A stretch of 64,000 nucleotides of DNA from the NCBI GenBank assembly GCA_951406725.2, contig OX597815.1, positions 80,352,001 to 80,416,000 on the forward strand, in the 5' to 3' direction. Positions within the stretch are counted from its first letter, which is position 1; each line of letters starts with the position of its first letter. Below are positions 12,132-26,682 of the stretch, piece after piece. Under the pieces are notes generated by a model. That model was not told the origin of the DNA and searched no databases. It worked only from the letters and a program-made list of their open reading frames with translations. The position numbers and the translations under genes are program-made. The stretch comes from Octopus vulgaris (Eukaryota).

Positions 12132-13449
12132 CATACATACATATATATATATGTATATATACACCTTGATACGATTTTCACAAGCCATACTTTCCTCAGA
12201 TGCTATATCAACAAATAAAGTTTTCAGTGCTAAAGGAGTTACGTTCGGTGTTCATTTTTGTTGTTGTTTAGCAATATTATAGTTTTCCTTCAAATCTTTC
12301 CAACTGCAACTATATCCTGTTTTTAGTAAGTGTAGCTAACTCCGGATCACAATATCCTACGTGTTGTTTACTAAGAGAGTTGTAATTTCTGGAAGATTTG
12401 ACTGCCATTCTTAATAAATCAGGTGATGAGGCACAGGCTCCTTTGTTGCACGGTGTTCTTCTTCAGTTCGGTGAAATAGACTCTTTTAAACTGTATTCTT
12501 GAATTTATATATGTCTGGTACATCTATGAGATTCTACTTCGCTGTTATGATTTGTTTGGTTGAATTTCTTTCGTGACGTCCATATTGTATCCAACGTTTT
12601 ATTTAAATTTTCAGTTATTGGTAGCAACAATTATTACTGTCGTATTTGGTTTATATACAACATGTGTTTCATTACTTTTCAGCTAATCTAGAAATGATCA
12701 ATAACTTGTTCTTTCAAGTGTCATAGCACAGGAGGAAGACTGTGAAGTTTCTTTGTTCCTCATTCCAGAAGGTAGAATGATTAATGAGAAATTGAATCTT
12801 AGAATTGCTTTTACACATAAATATTTTATTCATTCCATAATACCCACCTGAGCATTTATGCTCGTTATTATTCTATAATATTAAGCTAATTGTTGCTTTT
12901 TGAAATGGAACATCCAAAATTGTCATATGGCTTGTTCTCATTCAGCAACAAGCTATGGGAATATATATTTTTCTTAAATAGTTTACAATAACTTGGGTGC
13001 TGCATTTTAATTAAAACTAAAAGGCTTCTCAAATTTTGATTTTACATTCTTGCTGATGAGCGGGTTAAATCAGATAACGTTGTGTTTACTATACTCATTT
13101 CTTTATACAACGAACACACTGCGAGTACTCTGCGATATGTTGTCAGGTGGGTGTCATGTATCTGAGACTTACTGGCGCAGCAAAGAAAGCGGCCATTCTC
13201 TCTGTCACTGAAACTGCACAGAGATATATGTAGATCTCTTTAGATAAAGTGGGCAGAAACTTGAGTAACCCCAGCTGGATTAAATGACCAATGGGATTTG
13301 ATGTTGAAAGACCCGAAACGCCTTAAGACTCAATGAGTATCACTGGTAATGCGCCTCAAATTATCCACTAAATTTACAGGGAAATGTTTATACATACATA
13401 CATACATACATACATACATACATACATACATACATACATACATACCAAA

Positions 13450-14822
13450 CAGCATAAAAAGTCAAGAGGTATGAGAGAAGAATATATGAATTTAACCACT
13501 TGTCATCCTTAAGATCACGGCCGTTTCTTAACCTTCATTGTGTAATAATAATTTCATTGTATAATAAACTTTCATGTTATATTAAACTGTGCAGATTATA
13601 ATACTGACAGAACATCTAATACTGCAACTTCTGGCCACTTAAATAATCGCATTGCAATATCTATTGCAAATTGTCAACATACTGATATACCTGATATCAG
13701 TGAAGTTGAACCTACCTTATCTACTAATAATCAAGCTAACTTTGCTTTATGTAACCTTAGTAAGAAATCAATGTGTCTGATTAATAACCAATGCCTCGGG
13801 AAAGCTTTACCATTGCTCTTGGTAAAGAACATGTTTACATTGGTGCATCCACTTCCTCATTCAAACTTCGTTAGAATGATCTCAAGTCTACATTTAGGCT
13901 ATGAGAAAAAGCTAATCATACATATCGAGCTGAATTTGTACATCTCACTGATAATAGCATTGAATTTAAAGTTGCTTGCTCTATTGTCCGTGCAGCACAA
14001 CCATGCAAAAGTGGCAGAGGCTGGTGTGTGCTCTGTGTATCTGAGGCATTCCATATTAAGAAAATTAAACGGAATATTATTAATCAGCGTGATGAATTCA
14101 TTATAAGATGTCAGAACCTTAGACTAAATTATTATATCAACATTAATAAACTTCATAGGATGGTTCAGTGCTAGTGAGTAATTCTCTACCTTGGTTAACC
14201 ATAATGTTGTACCACCTCAGTATTAGATAATGTATTAGACAATACTGTGCTATGTGTGAGAATATTTATTACCCATTTATGTCAGCGTCTAAAGGAATTT
14301 GGATCTTGTATGTTTGCTAATTCCTTACCTTGGTTAACCGTAATCTTGTCTTAACTTACTAATTGTTAATGTATTAAAGCATATCCAGAGATTGTTCTAC
14401 CGATTTAACACAAATTTGTTATATATATTTTTAGATATTTTCTAATTATTTTATTTAATTTAATTACTTTTGCTATCCCTTTCCTGTCTATTGTTGATAT
14501 TAAGGATAGTCAATTCCCTAAACTTGGATCCAACATCTTAACCAAAATGACACTTCCATACATTATATATATAAAGGGAAAATTTTGAATATATACTTAG
14601 AGTTGATGAATTGGTGAGACCATGATGTTTTGGTGATCTGATGAACTAGCTTCTTTTATCTGCATTGATTTGTACAATGCGTAGCATGTACACAAGTGCA
14701 GACATGTAATATAATTAATTGTACTCTGAAATTAATATTACGTGCTGAAGTTGAAATCCTAAGGATGACAAGGAGTTAAATAAATATATTCACTTCTCAT
14801 ACCTTCTGACATTTTATGTTTT
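13450..14822 (+). mobile_element. PLE relic with Cys-rich GIY-YIG fragment and inverted terminal arm
   Basis: Broken translation of 13745-14120 gives CNLSKKSMCLINNQCL..VYIGASTSSFKLR*NDLKSTFR..CSIVRAAQPCKSGRGWCVLCVSEAFHI..INQRDEFIIRC. Positions 13455-13515 are an inverted match to 14755-14820. Confidence 0.75.
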
Positions 14823-15194
14823 ATATCTTACTCATAGTTTCATCGAACGGATCGCCTGGATTTCAGCTGCATAGAACTCTATAATATATTACTCCCTATT
14901 AGATTACTATAAGGCTTGCATGGCGGGTCTCCTGGGAGATCTTTCCGTGATAGCCATATCATTCTATAAGTCTATTTATTACACTACATATCTATCAGAT
15001 AAGGTGCAAATAATGGTGATTACATATTACTTGATGGTAGTAAATTTCATTTACAGCTGTTTCCAGTGGTCATTGTTATTGATTTCGGCCTACTGATCGG
15101 TTGAGAACAATTGAACGACCTGGAGAATTATTGCTACTTTTGTCAGTCATTTCTGGTTATAAGCAAGCAGAACACTGAAAGAATGATACATATC

Positions 15195-15570
15195 TTTATC
15201 TTTTATATTCCACTTTTTTCGGTCATTAGACTACGGCCATGCAGGAGCATTGTCTTGAGAAATTTCACTTGAACGAATTGACCCCAGCATTCTTTTTCTT
15301 AAGCATGTTTCTTATTCTGTCGGATTCTTTTCACGAACAGTTAAGTTACGAGGATGTAAACTAAACAATACCGATTGCCACGCAGACGCACACAGATATG
15401 TGTGTGTGTGTGTTCGTGTATACGACGGGCTATTTTCAGTTTCCGTCTACAAAATCCAGTCACAAGGCTTTGTTCGGCCCGAGATTATAGAAGCCCCAAG
15501 GTGCTACGCAGTGGGACTGAACTTGGGACCATGTGGTTGGGCAGCAAACTTCTTACAAGACAGCCACACC
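15195..15570 (-). mobile_element. SINE family B
   Basis: Reverse-strand homology to the other family B copies. Confidence 0.8.
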
Positions 15571-15665
15571 TATTTATATATATATATATACGTATGTATA
15601 TGTGCGTGTGTGTTTGTATGCATGTAAATATATATATGCGTATATATATGTACACGTATATACAC

Positions 15666-15707
<42 letters not shown>

Positions 15708-16585
15708 GTATGTGTAAGCGCACGCGCACGCATGCATATATGTATATTAGTAAACTAGAGTGGCAGTAGAATTTCACAAAAGAGAAGGCAATTTGTCCAG
15801 TTAGACGTAGATGCAAATTTGTGTCTTCTAAGCGTATATCATATTGGTTGCTTCATTAGATGATATTTGTATTTCTCCAAGAACTGCTAATTTCACATGA
15901 GAAAGTTAGCTACCCCTTGCCTTGCATTCACACATACACACACACACGTAAGCGTATTTCATATATATACGTGAGTTGTTTGCTTTATTGTATTTAGGAA
16001 TATAAACGCATATGGCTGAGTATGTGTCAATGTATATGTGTACGCGCGTATGTATGCGTGTATATGTGTGCATATATTTTAATTTCAAGTTCTCTTCCCG
16101 CTTCAAATGCTTTCTCTTTTCTATTTCAATATCATTAACTTCTACTCTTTTCTTTCTGAATCGCCTTTCAATCCTCTTGCTTTACTATCTTTCCCACTCT
16201 CCCAGTCTTCTTTTTGCTAGTTACACTAAATCTTAGTAAAAGAATCCTAATGCTAAATGTTATATGATACATTGATATACCCACAAAATTACATATACCT
16301 AATTATACATATGCATAAACAGACTGACTCCTTAAACAGACACTCGTGCTTAATTAAAATAATTTTATCAGACATTCAATGCCGAATATATGTTGAATAA
16401 AATAAGATAGGCAAAAGACGAATAGAATAGAATTAAAGAAAGAAAACCGAATGAAATTGGATTAAAAAAGAACAGAGACAGTGAAATGTTGTTATAATGA
16501 CAGTAGATGAAGCACAATACGTCTTAAACACATTAGATAAATACATATAAATATGCGTGTGTTTGTGGATGCAAGTATGTATATG

Positions 16586-16710
<125 letters not shown>

Positions 16711-17047
16711 ATGTATATATATATATATGTATGTACATACATAATGCATGCATACATATTCAGATATGAATGCGTGTGTATAGACAAACCTGCATGCTTA
16801 AAAACAGACGATTATCTCTATACCTGTGTGTATTCTTATTTCTAGGCATATATGTTTTTTGTGTGTCTATGTATACATATGTATAGATATAATAATTATA
16901 AAAGAAAAGAAAGGAGTGTAATAGGATGTGGCATTGATGTATGCATGTAATAACCTATAAAGTGATAGATCTATTATGAAAGAAAAAATGTGCATTCATT
17001 GATGTATATTTATTGACACATTATTTCATATTAACGAATGTTTGTCT

Positions 17048-17116
<69 letters not shown>

Positions 17117-17201
17117 TTGGAAAAGGATGTGTGGCGTTCGATCATGTAATGATATAAATAATAGACAAATATATGTAGTTACATACATATATGTATATAT
17201 A

Positions 17202-17292
<91 letters not shown>

Positions 17293-17304
17293 GCATATAT
17301 GGGT

Positions 17305-17830
17305 ACAAGACATCAAAAAAAACGTTGAACGTTTCCCATTGTGTTCCAGAGGGAAGCCATCTTTCCAACTGCTTTCTTCACCGAGACAAGACGGCTTATC
17401 CTGTCCCTCTTACAATCTGTCTTCTTAATGCGTTCAAAATAATTTTTCCATCGTCTTGGCTTAACCTTCATCGTTTGTTTTTACTGTGTTATTCTCTTTG
17501 TCCTGTTTTTTACTGTTTTTACTTATTTTGTATTTACTGTCTTGCTTTAGTCTTACTGTCCTGTTCTTGTTACCACTTTTACCCCTCCGAAAAAAAAACT
17601 CAAATTTTATTTAATTTGCTTTGCGGGAAGGATTGTTTCAACGATGTCGCGTCTTGTCCTTACCTTCGAACGCGGTGTAGACGAAACAGGGACAACTGAA
17701 GAAGGGGAATATTTCATGTGTTGTATGTCTTGTACTCTGTTTTTTTGGTTGTTTGAAAAAAGGTTAGTTTCCATGTTTTTGTTTTTATGTTTCCGTTTCT
17801 CATTGTGTTCAACGTTTTTTGATGTCCGTA
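17305..17830 (+). mobile_element. TA-flanked non-coding repeat carrying a permuted hammerhead-like motif
   Basis: The 3' half is homologous to 42990-43235; see findings. Confidence 0.6.
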
Positions 17831-17989
17831 CCCATATATGCATGTATATATACATATAGATGTAAGTATGTACATATATGTATGTATATATTCATATATT
17901 TATATATATTATAGTCCAAATCTATGAAAAGTCTCCTAACACTAGCCCGAATACGCTCAACAACACAGAAGCCAACAGTAAAAAAATGT

Positions 17990-18380
17990 GGAAGACCCAA
18001 TTGTGGGATATGCGATTATCTAATTCAGGGATCAGAGTCTCCTTCAAACAGGGACAACGTTTCACAGTGAAAAGCAACTTCACATGTGCTTCGGAGAACC
18101 TGATATACACATTAACCTTCTATGGGTGTCAAGAGCAATACATAGGCCAAACAAAAAATAGTCTACGTAAAAGAATGGCCCTGCACAGATCCCAGATAAA
18201 AATTCCCCAAAACAGAAAAATAGCATTCAGCCAACACATAGACAAATTGTGCCAACAACAAAACTCCAAGATTCAGGATTTTCCCCTCTACCAATTCAGG
18301 AACGATACAACCCGGAGCCAACGAATTAGTAAAGAAACTCTTTATTAGAAAATACAGGCCCCTTCTGAATGCGTCTACGA
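17990..18380 (+). pseudogene. PLE GIY-YIG endonuclease fragment (Neptune-like)
   Basis: FTVKSNFTCASENLIYTLTFYGCQEQYIGQTKNSLRKRMALHRSQI..FSQHI, followed by a frameshift. Confidence 0.88.
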
Positions 18381-18670
18381 CAAACGACATATCCACTTCG
18401 GCCTTAGAATAACACAAATACACACGCAAATATTACATTCCTAAGAATCCATTAAGAAACAGCCCCAATCACTGGTATAATCCATAACTTGCCAACTTTA
18501 AGTCATTCAACACCTCACTACTTTCACTCATTCATATTCTCCCTTCTTCTTCTTCTTCTTCTTCTTCTTCTTCTTCTTCTTCTTCTTCTTCTTCTTCTTC
18601 TTCTTCTTCTTCTTCATCATCATCATCATCATCATCATCATTAGCATCATCATCATCTTCTTCTTCTTCT

Positions 18671-18705
<35 letters not shown>

Positions 18706-19118
18706 TTTTTCTTCTTATTGATTATTATTATTATTATTATTCTCCTTCCTTCTCCTTCCTAACTTTATCACTAATGCTTTTTAGTATAACACCTACGCAA
18801 ATTCTATAAACAAAACATTCAATAGGATTATTTTCATGAATTGAACAGCAACTGCTAGCCTCCACTGACCATTCAAAATACTACAATCATGGCACTCCCA
18901 AATTATTTGTCTTTTTCCTCCCCTTCTTCTCCTCCTCCCCCTCCTTCTTCTTCATCCCTACCAAGAATTCACAACGACCTCGAACCCACAAGAGTAAACA
19001 AGAGAGACAGAGACAGGCAGAAACAAGGAAAATGCCACTTATATTTGAACACTATACAAATATTCTATTAAAAAACTTTTCTTTTAATTTTTTCTAAATT
19101 TAATTATTTAATTGTTAC

Positions 19119-19154
19119 AGTTGAAAAAGTCTCAATGACTGGAACCGGTACTGA
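19119..19154 (+). ncRNA. Degenerate hammerhead downstream of the Neptune-like fragment
   Basis: CAG-UUGAAAA-AGUC-ucaau-GACU-GGAA-CCGG-UA-CUG. All three stems remain, but the core carries three substitutions. Confidence 0.55.
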
Positions 19155-19201
19155 AATGTTCTTTATAAAATTATTTTAGCATTTTCTATCCTGACTTGCT
19201 T

Positions 19202-19278
<77 letters not shown>

Positions 19279-20058
19279 AAAAATGGTAAATAATTTTCCT
19301 GTGGTTTTTCATGTAACCATATAAATATAAAATATATAATATATAACAATTATTTACCGGTAAATTTCGGTATGTAAATACGACAAAATAATTGTCAAGA
19401 CCTTTGTAAGGTTCAGTATATAGTAAAGAAAAATAAGTTGGCTAGCAGCAAGCTGTTTCGCCTCATACCGAAGGAATTAGAAATGGCAACCCAGAAGGCG
19501 CGCATGGCAGAATTTTGGAGGGAAAATTTACGTTCCCAGTCGTTACTTGGTTTTAACATCTGCGCACTTCCCCCCACTATCTGATGGCGTCAGAAGTGAG
19601 GGCCGGTGGCATTTGATAAAGCTATCGAATATAGCGCTGATGACGGAATTCAAACTCCCCTTTTTTTATATGTTTGTGATCCAGAAACACCGTATTAACG
19701 GTAAGTGACTGAATTCGTATATTTGCCACTCCGGTTTTGTATATATATATATATATATAGATGAGTGTATTTTTGCCTTGTTAACAATTAACACGGTTAT
19801 AGAGCGAGCATACAGATGTAAACATTGGCAAAACCACACCTTTAGTGCATATAAGTAATCTCTATCATTATATAAAATTTAAACATTAATTTCCGTTATA
19901 TTTAACATTCACTATTAATATCCTTACTCTTTCTGCAAGCTACTTCTGACGTTGTATCATATAACGTTTTTTCAAACAATATTAATAGCGTTCAGTTAAT
20001 CACTATACAAATCCATTATTTTTTGTTAAAATATCTTATTGACGAGTTTCGTTTTTTC

Positions 20059-20142
20059 ACTTTCCTGAAGAGAAGATTGCATTGTTTATACCATTTATTC
20101 TTTTGAATAATATCAGTGGAATTATCGAAACGTGTCGAAAGT
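20059..20142 (+). ncRNA. Type I hammerhead ribozyme, intact core
   Basis: ACUUUC-CUGAAGA-GA..(extended stem II)..UC-GAAA-CGUG-UC-GAAAGU. Stem I has 6 bp and the triplet is GUC; (TA)n follows at about 20190. Confidence 0.82.
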
Positions 20143-20264
20143 AAAAATATTTGATTTATACCTGCGTTAAACTACATTTGTTTATTAATATATATATATA
20201 CATACATACATATAAAAGACAAGTTGTATGAAATGGTCATGACATAATTTTCATTTATTGGAGC

Positions 20265-20425
20265 AAATGTGGCTTACAACTGTTTCCAGTAGTCATTATA
20301 GGTACATTAGTGATAGGTTTACTGAATCGGTCTAAAAAATAATTGAACGACTTAAACATATTAATGCTACTTTTGTCGGAGCCAATTCTGGTTATAGCAA
20401 AACAGAACACTGATGGAATGGCGTG
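20265..20425 (-). mobile_element. PLE-like repeat with degenerate HHR
   Basis: Minus strand: UGGCU-CCGACAA-AAGUAG...CUACUG-GAAA-CAGUUG-UA-AGCCA. A homologue lies at 15045-15185. Confidence 0.55.
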
Positions 20426-20658
20426 TGTATGGGGAAGAGAGGAAATATGGAAAAATGCAAGTAGAATAGAGAAAAAGAGGAAGACAGGTTACAAAGGGGT
20501 GAAGAGAAGTAAGGATAGGATAGAGGAAGCAGTCACTTAATAAAATTACAGGTATAAGATGGTCAAAATTCTGGAAAAGGACAGGTCAACACACATAAAC
20601 ATATTAGCATTGCTTTTAGGTTAGATATTCTCCAAATGTTGTGAAGAAATTTAATAAT

Positions 20659-20948
20659 GGCGCGGCAGTGGCTTTGTGGTAAGTAGCTTACTTACCAACC
20701 ACATGATTCCGGGTTCATTCCCACTGCATGGCACCTTGGGCAAGTGTTGGAAACTGAAAGAAGCCCGTCGTATATATGTCTGTATATGTATGTGTGTTTG
20801 TGTTTGTCCCCCCAACATCGCTTGACAACCGATGGTAGTGTGTTTACATCTCCGTAAATTAGCGGTTCGGCAAATGAGACCGACTAAAGGTGGTGCTTCA
20901 GCATGGCCGCAGTCAAATGACTGGAACAAGTGAAAGAGTAAAAGAGTA
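20659..20948 (+). mobile_element. SINE family B with internal deletions
   Basis: Head ggctttgtggtaagtagcttacttaccaaccacatgattccgggttca plus the shared tail. Confidence 0.85.
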
Positions 20949-21650
20949 TTGGTCATTTATACACATGGTCAACCTAAGTCGTTAATATTTGGTCATTGGT
21001 GCTATCAAGCATAGAATGGAATTGTTTTAGGAAATGAATGAATTATCAGTAGTAATTATATTGTAATGTAGAGGGTGAGAAAGCTCTGGTTAGATTGAGA
21101 GATGTGAGGTTGAAATGAGATAAATCAAGTTGAGTTATTGAAATTAACCTCATTACATGAGTTTTGAAATTTTATACCATTAAATAGATTACGGATTAAA
21201 ATTTGAACTAAAGTTTAAAATCTAAATTTAATATTAAAGCAAACTCAAGATTAAAATAATTTTACGAAAGTATAAGTGATACTCAAACAATAATGATGAG
21301 GAAGACAGCATCAACATTAACAGCACCAATAACAATGATATTATTGATAAAATAACAACAAAATAATAAAACATATTAATGAAAAAGCAATAATAATATA
21401 ATAATAAAACAATAAAAATTAAAAATAACAATAATGAAATAAAAATACAACTTAAAAAATTAAAAATGAAAAGAAATTGTAAAAATACATAAAATAAAAA
21501 TTAAATAATAATAAATATACATATATAAAAAATGATAATAGTAAATAAGTAAATAGAAAACAATTAAAATAAAATATAACATCTTTTAAATTTTAAGATT
21601 TTAAAATTTAACGAAATAAAACGAAACTAAAAGTCCATATACATATATAT

Positions 21651-21940
21651 GCTATTATGTTAAACTATTATGTTAAACTATCGTATGTCCAAAGTTGGTA
21701 TTATGTTGAACTATCGTATGCCCAAAGTTGGCCGAATGGGTTTTTTTCAATATTTATTTTTGTTTGCAATAGCCGGTTCTCTTGATCAAACTATCTTATC
21801 TCCAGCTGCTTCACATACGAAGACATAAAAAATTATCAAAGTGTAGCACAACGGTTTTGCTACGGAATGGTGAAACTATTTTTTCGCTTTCTGAAAAAGC
21901 AACGTTTTGCACTTACGAAACTTTTGCATAATAGCAACGA
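21651..21940. mobile_element. MITE, copy of 1291-1532 with a tandemly duplicated end
   Basis: Reverse homology to 1291-1532; tattatgttaaactatcgtatgtccaaagttgg is repeated. Confidence 0.7.
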
Positions 21941-22036
21941 TATATATATATAAAGTATTAGGTAATTCACATTGATCTCTTAGGCATCATATCATAACCA
22001 TCCTGACCTATGTTTTTCACTAAGTCCAATGCTATT

Positions 22037-22224
22037 AGTCCGAATATTCTTGATCCACGTTCAAACTAGGGAACAAGCGTCTCACTGCGTTTTGTCACGG
22101 ATAATACATCTTTCTCTCCATATTCTCCATATATTCTCCTTATTCCCTGAGATATATTCTCCGTGACAAAACGCAGTGAGTAGCTTGTTCCCCAGTTAGA
22201 CCGTGCATCAAATATATTCGGACT
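22037..22224. repeat. Inverted repeat with arms of about 74 bp
   Basis: 22037-22110 versus 22151-22224, with a perfect core ctcactgcgttttgtcacgga / tccgtgacaaaacgcagtgag. Confidence 0.85.
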
Positions 22225-23344
22225 TATAATAACATCGTAATTTCACTTATCACTGCTTAGTGTTCCCCCTCCGTAATGTGACTAAGTTATCTAGGGAACC
22301 TCCTGAAGGGTTCATTATAAAAATGTTTACAGCGTATCGCTAATTCCTGTCTACGGTTAATAAGATTACATTTGTTTCTATGTGTGTGAGTATAGTCTGC
22401 GTTACCAACATGGGTACATAGATGCTTGAATTTACAGAAAATAAGTTAATGAGATATTTTGACCAGCTAAACGCGCGCACACACACACACTCGCGTCCAC
22501 TTACACACACATACACACACGCGCACAGACTCACGCACATACACACTGATACGCACACACCTACATACATAACATGGTACATACATATGCAGACGCAGAC
22601 GAGACTTAGGCGTAGATAGTTACGGTAAATACGTAGATACATAATTAGGAAGCAAATATACATAGGATGCCAGACAGAGAGGGAAAAATTCGCATTCATA
22701 AAATGATTGATCGAGAGTGACTGACTGATTAAAGAAACTGCATAAAGAATTGCCAGCTATGGGTTATTGCATTAATATCAACGTTTAACTTTCAGAAGTC
22801 CAGAATGGTGTTGTTTACCATGTGATACAATAAATGAGAACAAGGTTACTGAACGCACGCACGTGCACATATCATGTGTATGTGTGTGTTGTGTGTGTGC
22901 GTGTGTGTGTGGAGAGAGAGAGAAAGATAAAGAGAGAAAGGGAGAGTGAGAAAAGAGGGAGGAGGTTTAGAAATAAAGTATTTAAAATATTGTTAATTGG
23001 GGAGAGCGTAGAAAAGAAATAAAATTAAGAAAGGAGGAGATAGAGAAGACGAAATGAAAAGGGAGGGTAGGATGATGGAAACGATAATAAGGAATCAAAG
23101 AAGGTGATGGGAAGAGCACGAGTAACGGCAGTGAGTGAAAAATGAGGAATCTGAGAGAATAGGTGAAGTCCAATGAGAGAGAAAAGGAGATACAAGAGAA
23201 AGACTGGAATCAGAGAGAGAGAGAGAGAGTGAGTGAAAGAAAATCAGTGAGTGACAGAGAATTGGGAGAAAGATATTGAAGAGGGCAATATAATGTAGGA
23301 GAGAGAAGTATTCGTATAAAAATGGGGTAAAAGAGAGAAAGACA

Positions 23345-23388
<44 letters not shown>

Positions 23389-23499
23389 GGAAGTAATGGG
23401 TAGATAGAGTGCAAGAATAAGAAAGAAAAAGTAAAAATGATATGGAAAAGAAAAATTTAAAGAAAATAAAGGGTTTAATTATATATATAAAATGATTTT

Positions 23500-23697
23500 A
23501 AATTTTGGCTGAAGGACAACAATCACGTGGGAGGGGATATGTTAAATACGCCAACTCCGGTGCTTATTTTATTGACCCAGAAAGAATGAAAGGCAAAGTC
23601 GACCGTGGCAGAATTAGAACATAGAATATGAAGCCTGACGAAATACTACTAAGCATTTTGCCCGCTGTGCTACCGATTCTGCCAGTTCGTCGTCTTC
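23500..23697 (-). mobile_element. SINE family A, diverged
   Basis: Contains gaatgaaaggcaaagtcgac and aagcattttgccc...gattctgccag. Confidence 0.75.
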
Positions 23698-24534
23698 ATT
23701 AAATGTATATATTGATTATGAAACAACGTAAGAGACAAAAAAACCCCCCAAAAAACAAAAATAAGGAGGAAAGAGAGTGAAGGGGAGAGCACGTAACGGA
23801 TAAAAGGGAGAATGAGATAGGGGTGGGGAAAGAACATGAGATAGAGGGAAGCATAACTCCTGAGATAAGTAGAATGAAGGAAAGAGCATAGTTGAAGGAG
23901 ATGAAGTGTGAGAGAGAAAGAGATGAAAATATATTTATTAGAGACACAGAGGGAGTGGAGGGAGAGAGAAGGAGTGAGAATGAGATGGAATCTAAAAGAC
24001 AAAGAGGGAGGGGGAGGAGGGAGAATTGACATAACGAGAGGGAAATAGAGCGAGAAGCTGAAATACTGACACGTGTGCGTGTATGTGTGTGTGTGCGTGT
24101 GTGTGTGTGTGTCCATGTGTGTGTGTGCGTAAGGGTTCCTGTGTGTATATGTGCGTAATGCCATATGCACAAAATACGATGACACCAGTTTGTCTCCAGA
24201 AATCTTACACTTAATGAAACTGTAATTGAAATATGACAAGAGAAATTATAAAGGAAAAAAAATCACAAAACTAAGTAAATCATATGTAACCAGGAGATCT
24301 TTTTTTTTCTTTTACTTTTGCCTTGTTTGTTTTTCTTTAGGTTTCTGGTTTTGAAAAATGCACATAATTAAATTTTATTCTATATGGAATAGATGGGGTT
24401 CTGCTTACGTTGTAGCTGTTTGAATATGTCGGTCATATTAGCTAGCGAACGTAATGGATTGATGTCAGTAAGTTCGCCTAACAGGTATGCAATTTGAGTC
24501 TTTGACACAGTATCGCTGTCTTTTAATGACTTTA

Positions 24535-24566
<32 letters not shown>

Positions 24567-24847
24567 GCCACATATATATATATATATGTACATACATACA
24601 TGCATACGTACAAACATATACATTCGTATTATGTGCGTGCATCTATGTATGTGTAGTAACTAGACACATGAAGCTATGAACCCAAGAAAGTACAACTTAT
24701 CTAATCGAGGCATTTATTCACTGAGAGTGCGCTAAACACTAATTGCGAACTATTTGGAGCTATGATCAATGTCTATATGAAATAAATAAATCGAAAAAGC
24801 AAATTTTGAATACACTTAGATAAATATATATACACTCAAAGACTCAG

Positions 24848-25341
<494 letters not shown>

Positions 25342-25784
25342 TGTATGTATGTACGTACGTATGTATATGTATATGTATGTATACGTGTATTTGTGTGCTT
25401 TTGTCTGTGTCCGTGTATTCGAGTTGCTATGATTGAGTAAAAGTCCCTGAGGCAATGCTCCAACAATCAAATGATTGAAACAAGTGAAATGATATATGTA
25501 AGGGTGCGTACATAAGTATCTGTGTACGCAGCATTATTATTGAAGTTTCTAATGTTTGCTACATTATCAGAAAACATTCCTGTGTACATAGAAGAGCAAT
25601 GGATGACAGAATCGTAGTTTACCAAACTTTGATTAATGCAGTTTCGAACCTTACGTTCTACGTTCAAATAAATATATAACCACAAGAGCTTTTGGCTTGA
25701 AATTCCAACTTAAAATGAACCCCAGTCAAGTACTAAAGTTAATTACACCATTTCGCTTATATTGGAGAACCTATGTCAATATTG

Positions 25785-25993
25785 TTTTCAAATCTTGGCA
25801 CCCGGCTCACACCAAGTAGCGGTTAAGCCGATGATATCAACTCCAGTGTTCATCTGGTACTTATTGTATCGTTCTGGAGAGGATGAAAGACAAATTCGAC
25901 CTCGGCAGAATTTGAACTTAGAACGTAAAGACGGACAAAATGCTTGGCAGCATTTTGTTCGGCATGCTGTCAATTCTGCCAGGAAGACGCCTT
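25785..25993 (-). mobile_element. SINE family A, diverged
   Basis: Contains ggatgaaagacaaattcgacctcggcagaatttgaac. Confidence 0.75.
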
Positions 25994-26609
25994 GATCCGT
26001 GACAATATTGGAAATCATTATATAAATTACTGGACTCACTATAATCGGATACACCTCTGCACTCAAATTCGTATCCGTGATCATTATGATTACCACCCAG
26101 ATCATCACATGGTGTATATATGTGTGTATGTGATATTGCATTTTATGCAAAGCAACCTAATTAAAACTTTAATACCAATAACGATCTGTCATCGAATAAT
26201 TAGTTCACATTTTATCTCACTTAAATGACTATTGGTTGTGCAATAAAACTGTTCAATCAATTTTTAGAAACTCTTACACCACGTTGAATTATAAATGAAT
26301 GTTGATTTCGAAAATTTCTTTAGATTTTTATAAAAATTTTGTTTCACTAAAAGTTTTCACTCAACCGCTGATTGGGTTCATGAATACATCTTTATTCCTA
26401 TATGAGACCTTATCATTAAGAGCAACATAGTACAGTAAGCTTTTCAGATATTACGCATAAATTTGAAATTATCGATGGTGTTGAATATATAACTTTTGTA
26501 TATGGAAAGCAATTTATATATGTTATCATGGGCTACTATAATTTTCTATAGTCACATGCATGCGTGTGTGTGTGTCTGTGTTTGTATACGACGAAATAGA
26601 TAGTCGGCA

Positions 26610-26682
26610 GACAGCTATGGGACTCCAACCTGTACCGCTCAGTCACCGGCTGAATACTCTACCATTAAAGATAAACTGCCTG
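26610..26682 (-). other. Isolated tRNA-derived head (SINE fragment or pseudo-tRNA)
   Basis: Minus strand GGCAGTTTATCTTTAATGGTAGAG..TCAG-ccggtga-CTGA..GGTTGGAGTCCC, with degenerate A and B boxes. Confidence 0.5.

Noticed and set aside
13052-13085. CTGATGA-GCGG..ATAACGTTG
   Set aside because: The GAAA box and stem II partner are missing.
19631-19710. CTGATGA..GGA/TCC..GAAA with an ACCG/CGGT hairpin, hammerhead-like
   Set aside because: No convincing stem I pairing and an extra base before GAAA; possibly a decayed HHR but not supportable.
24409-24477. Possible 69-nt symmetric minus-strand exon (ELTDINPLRSLANMTDIFKQLQ)
   Set aside because: The acceptor is weak, there is no recognisable homology, and no partner exons were found.
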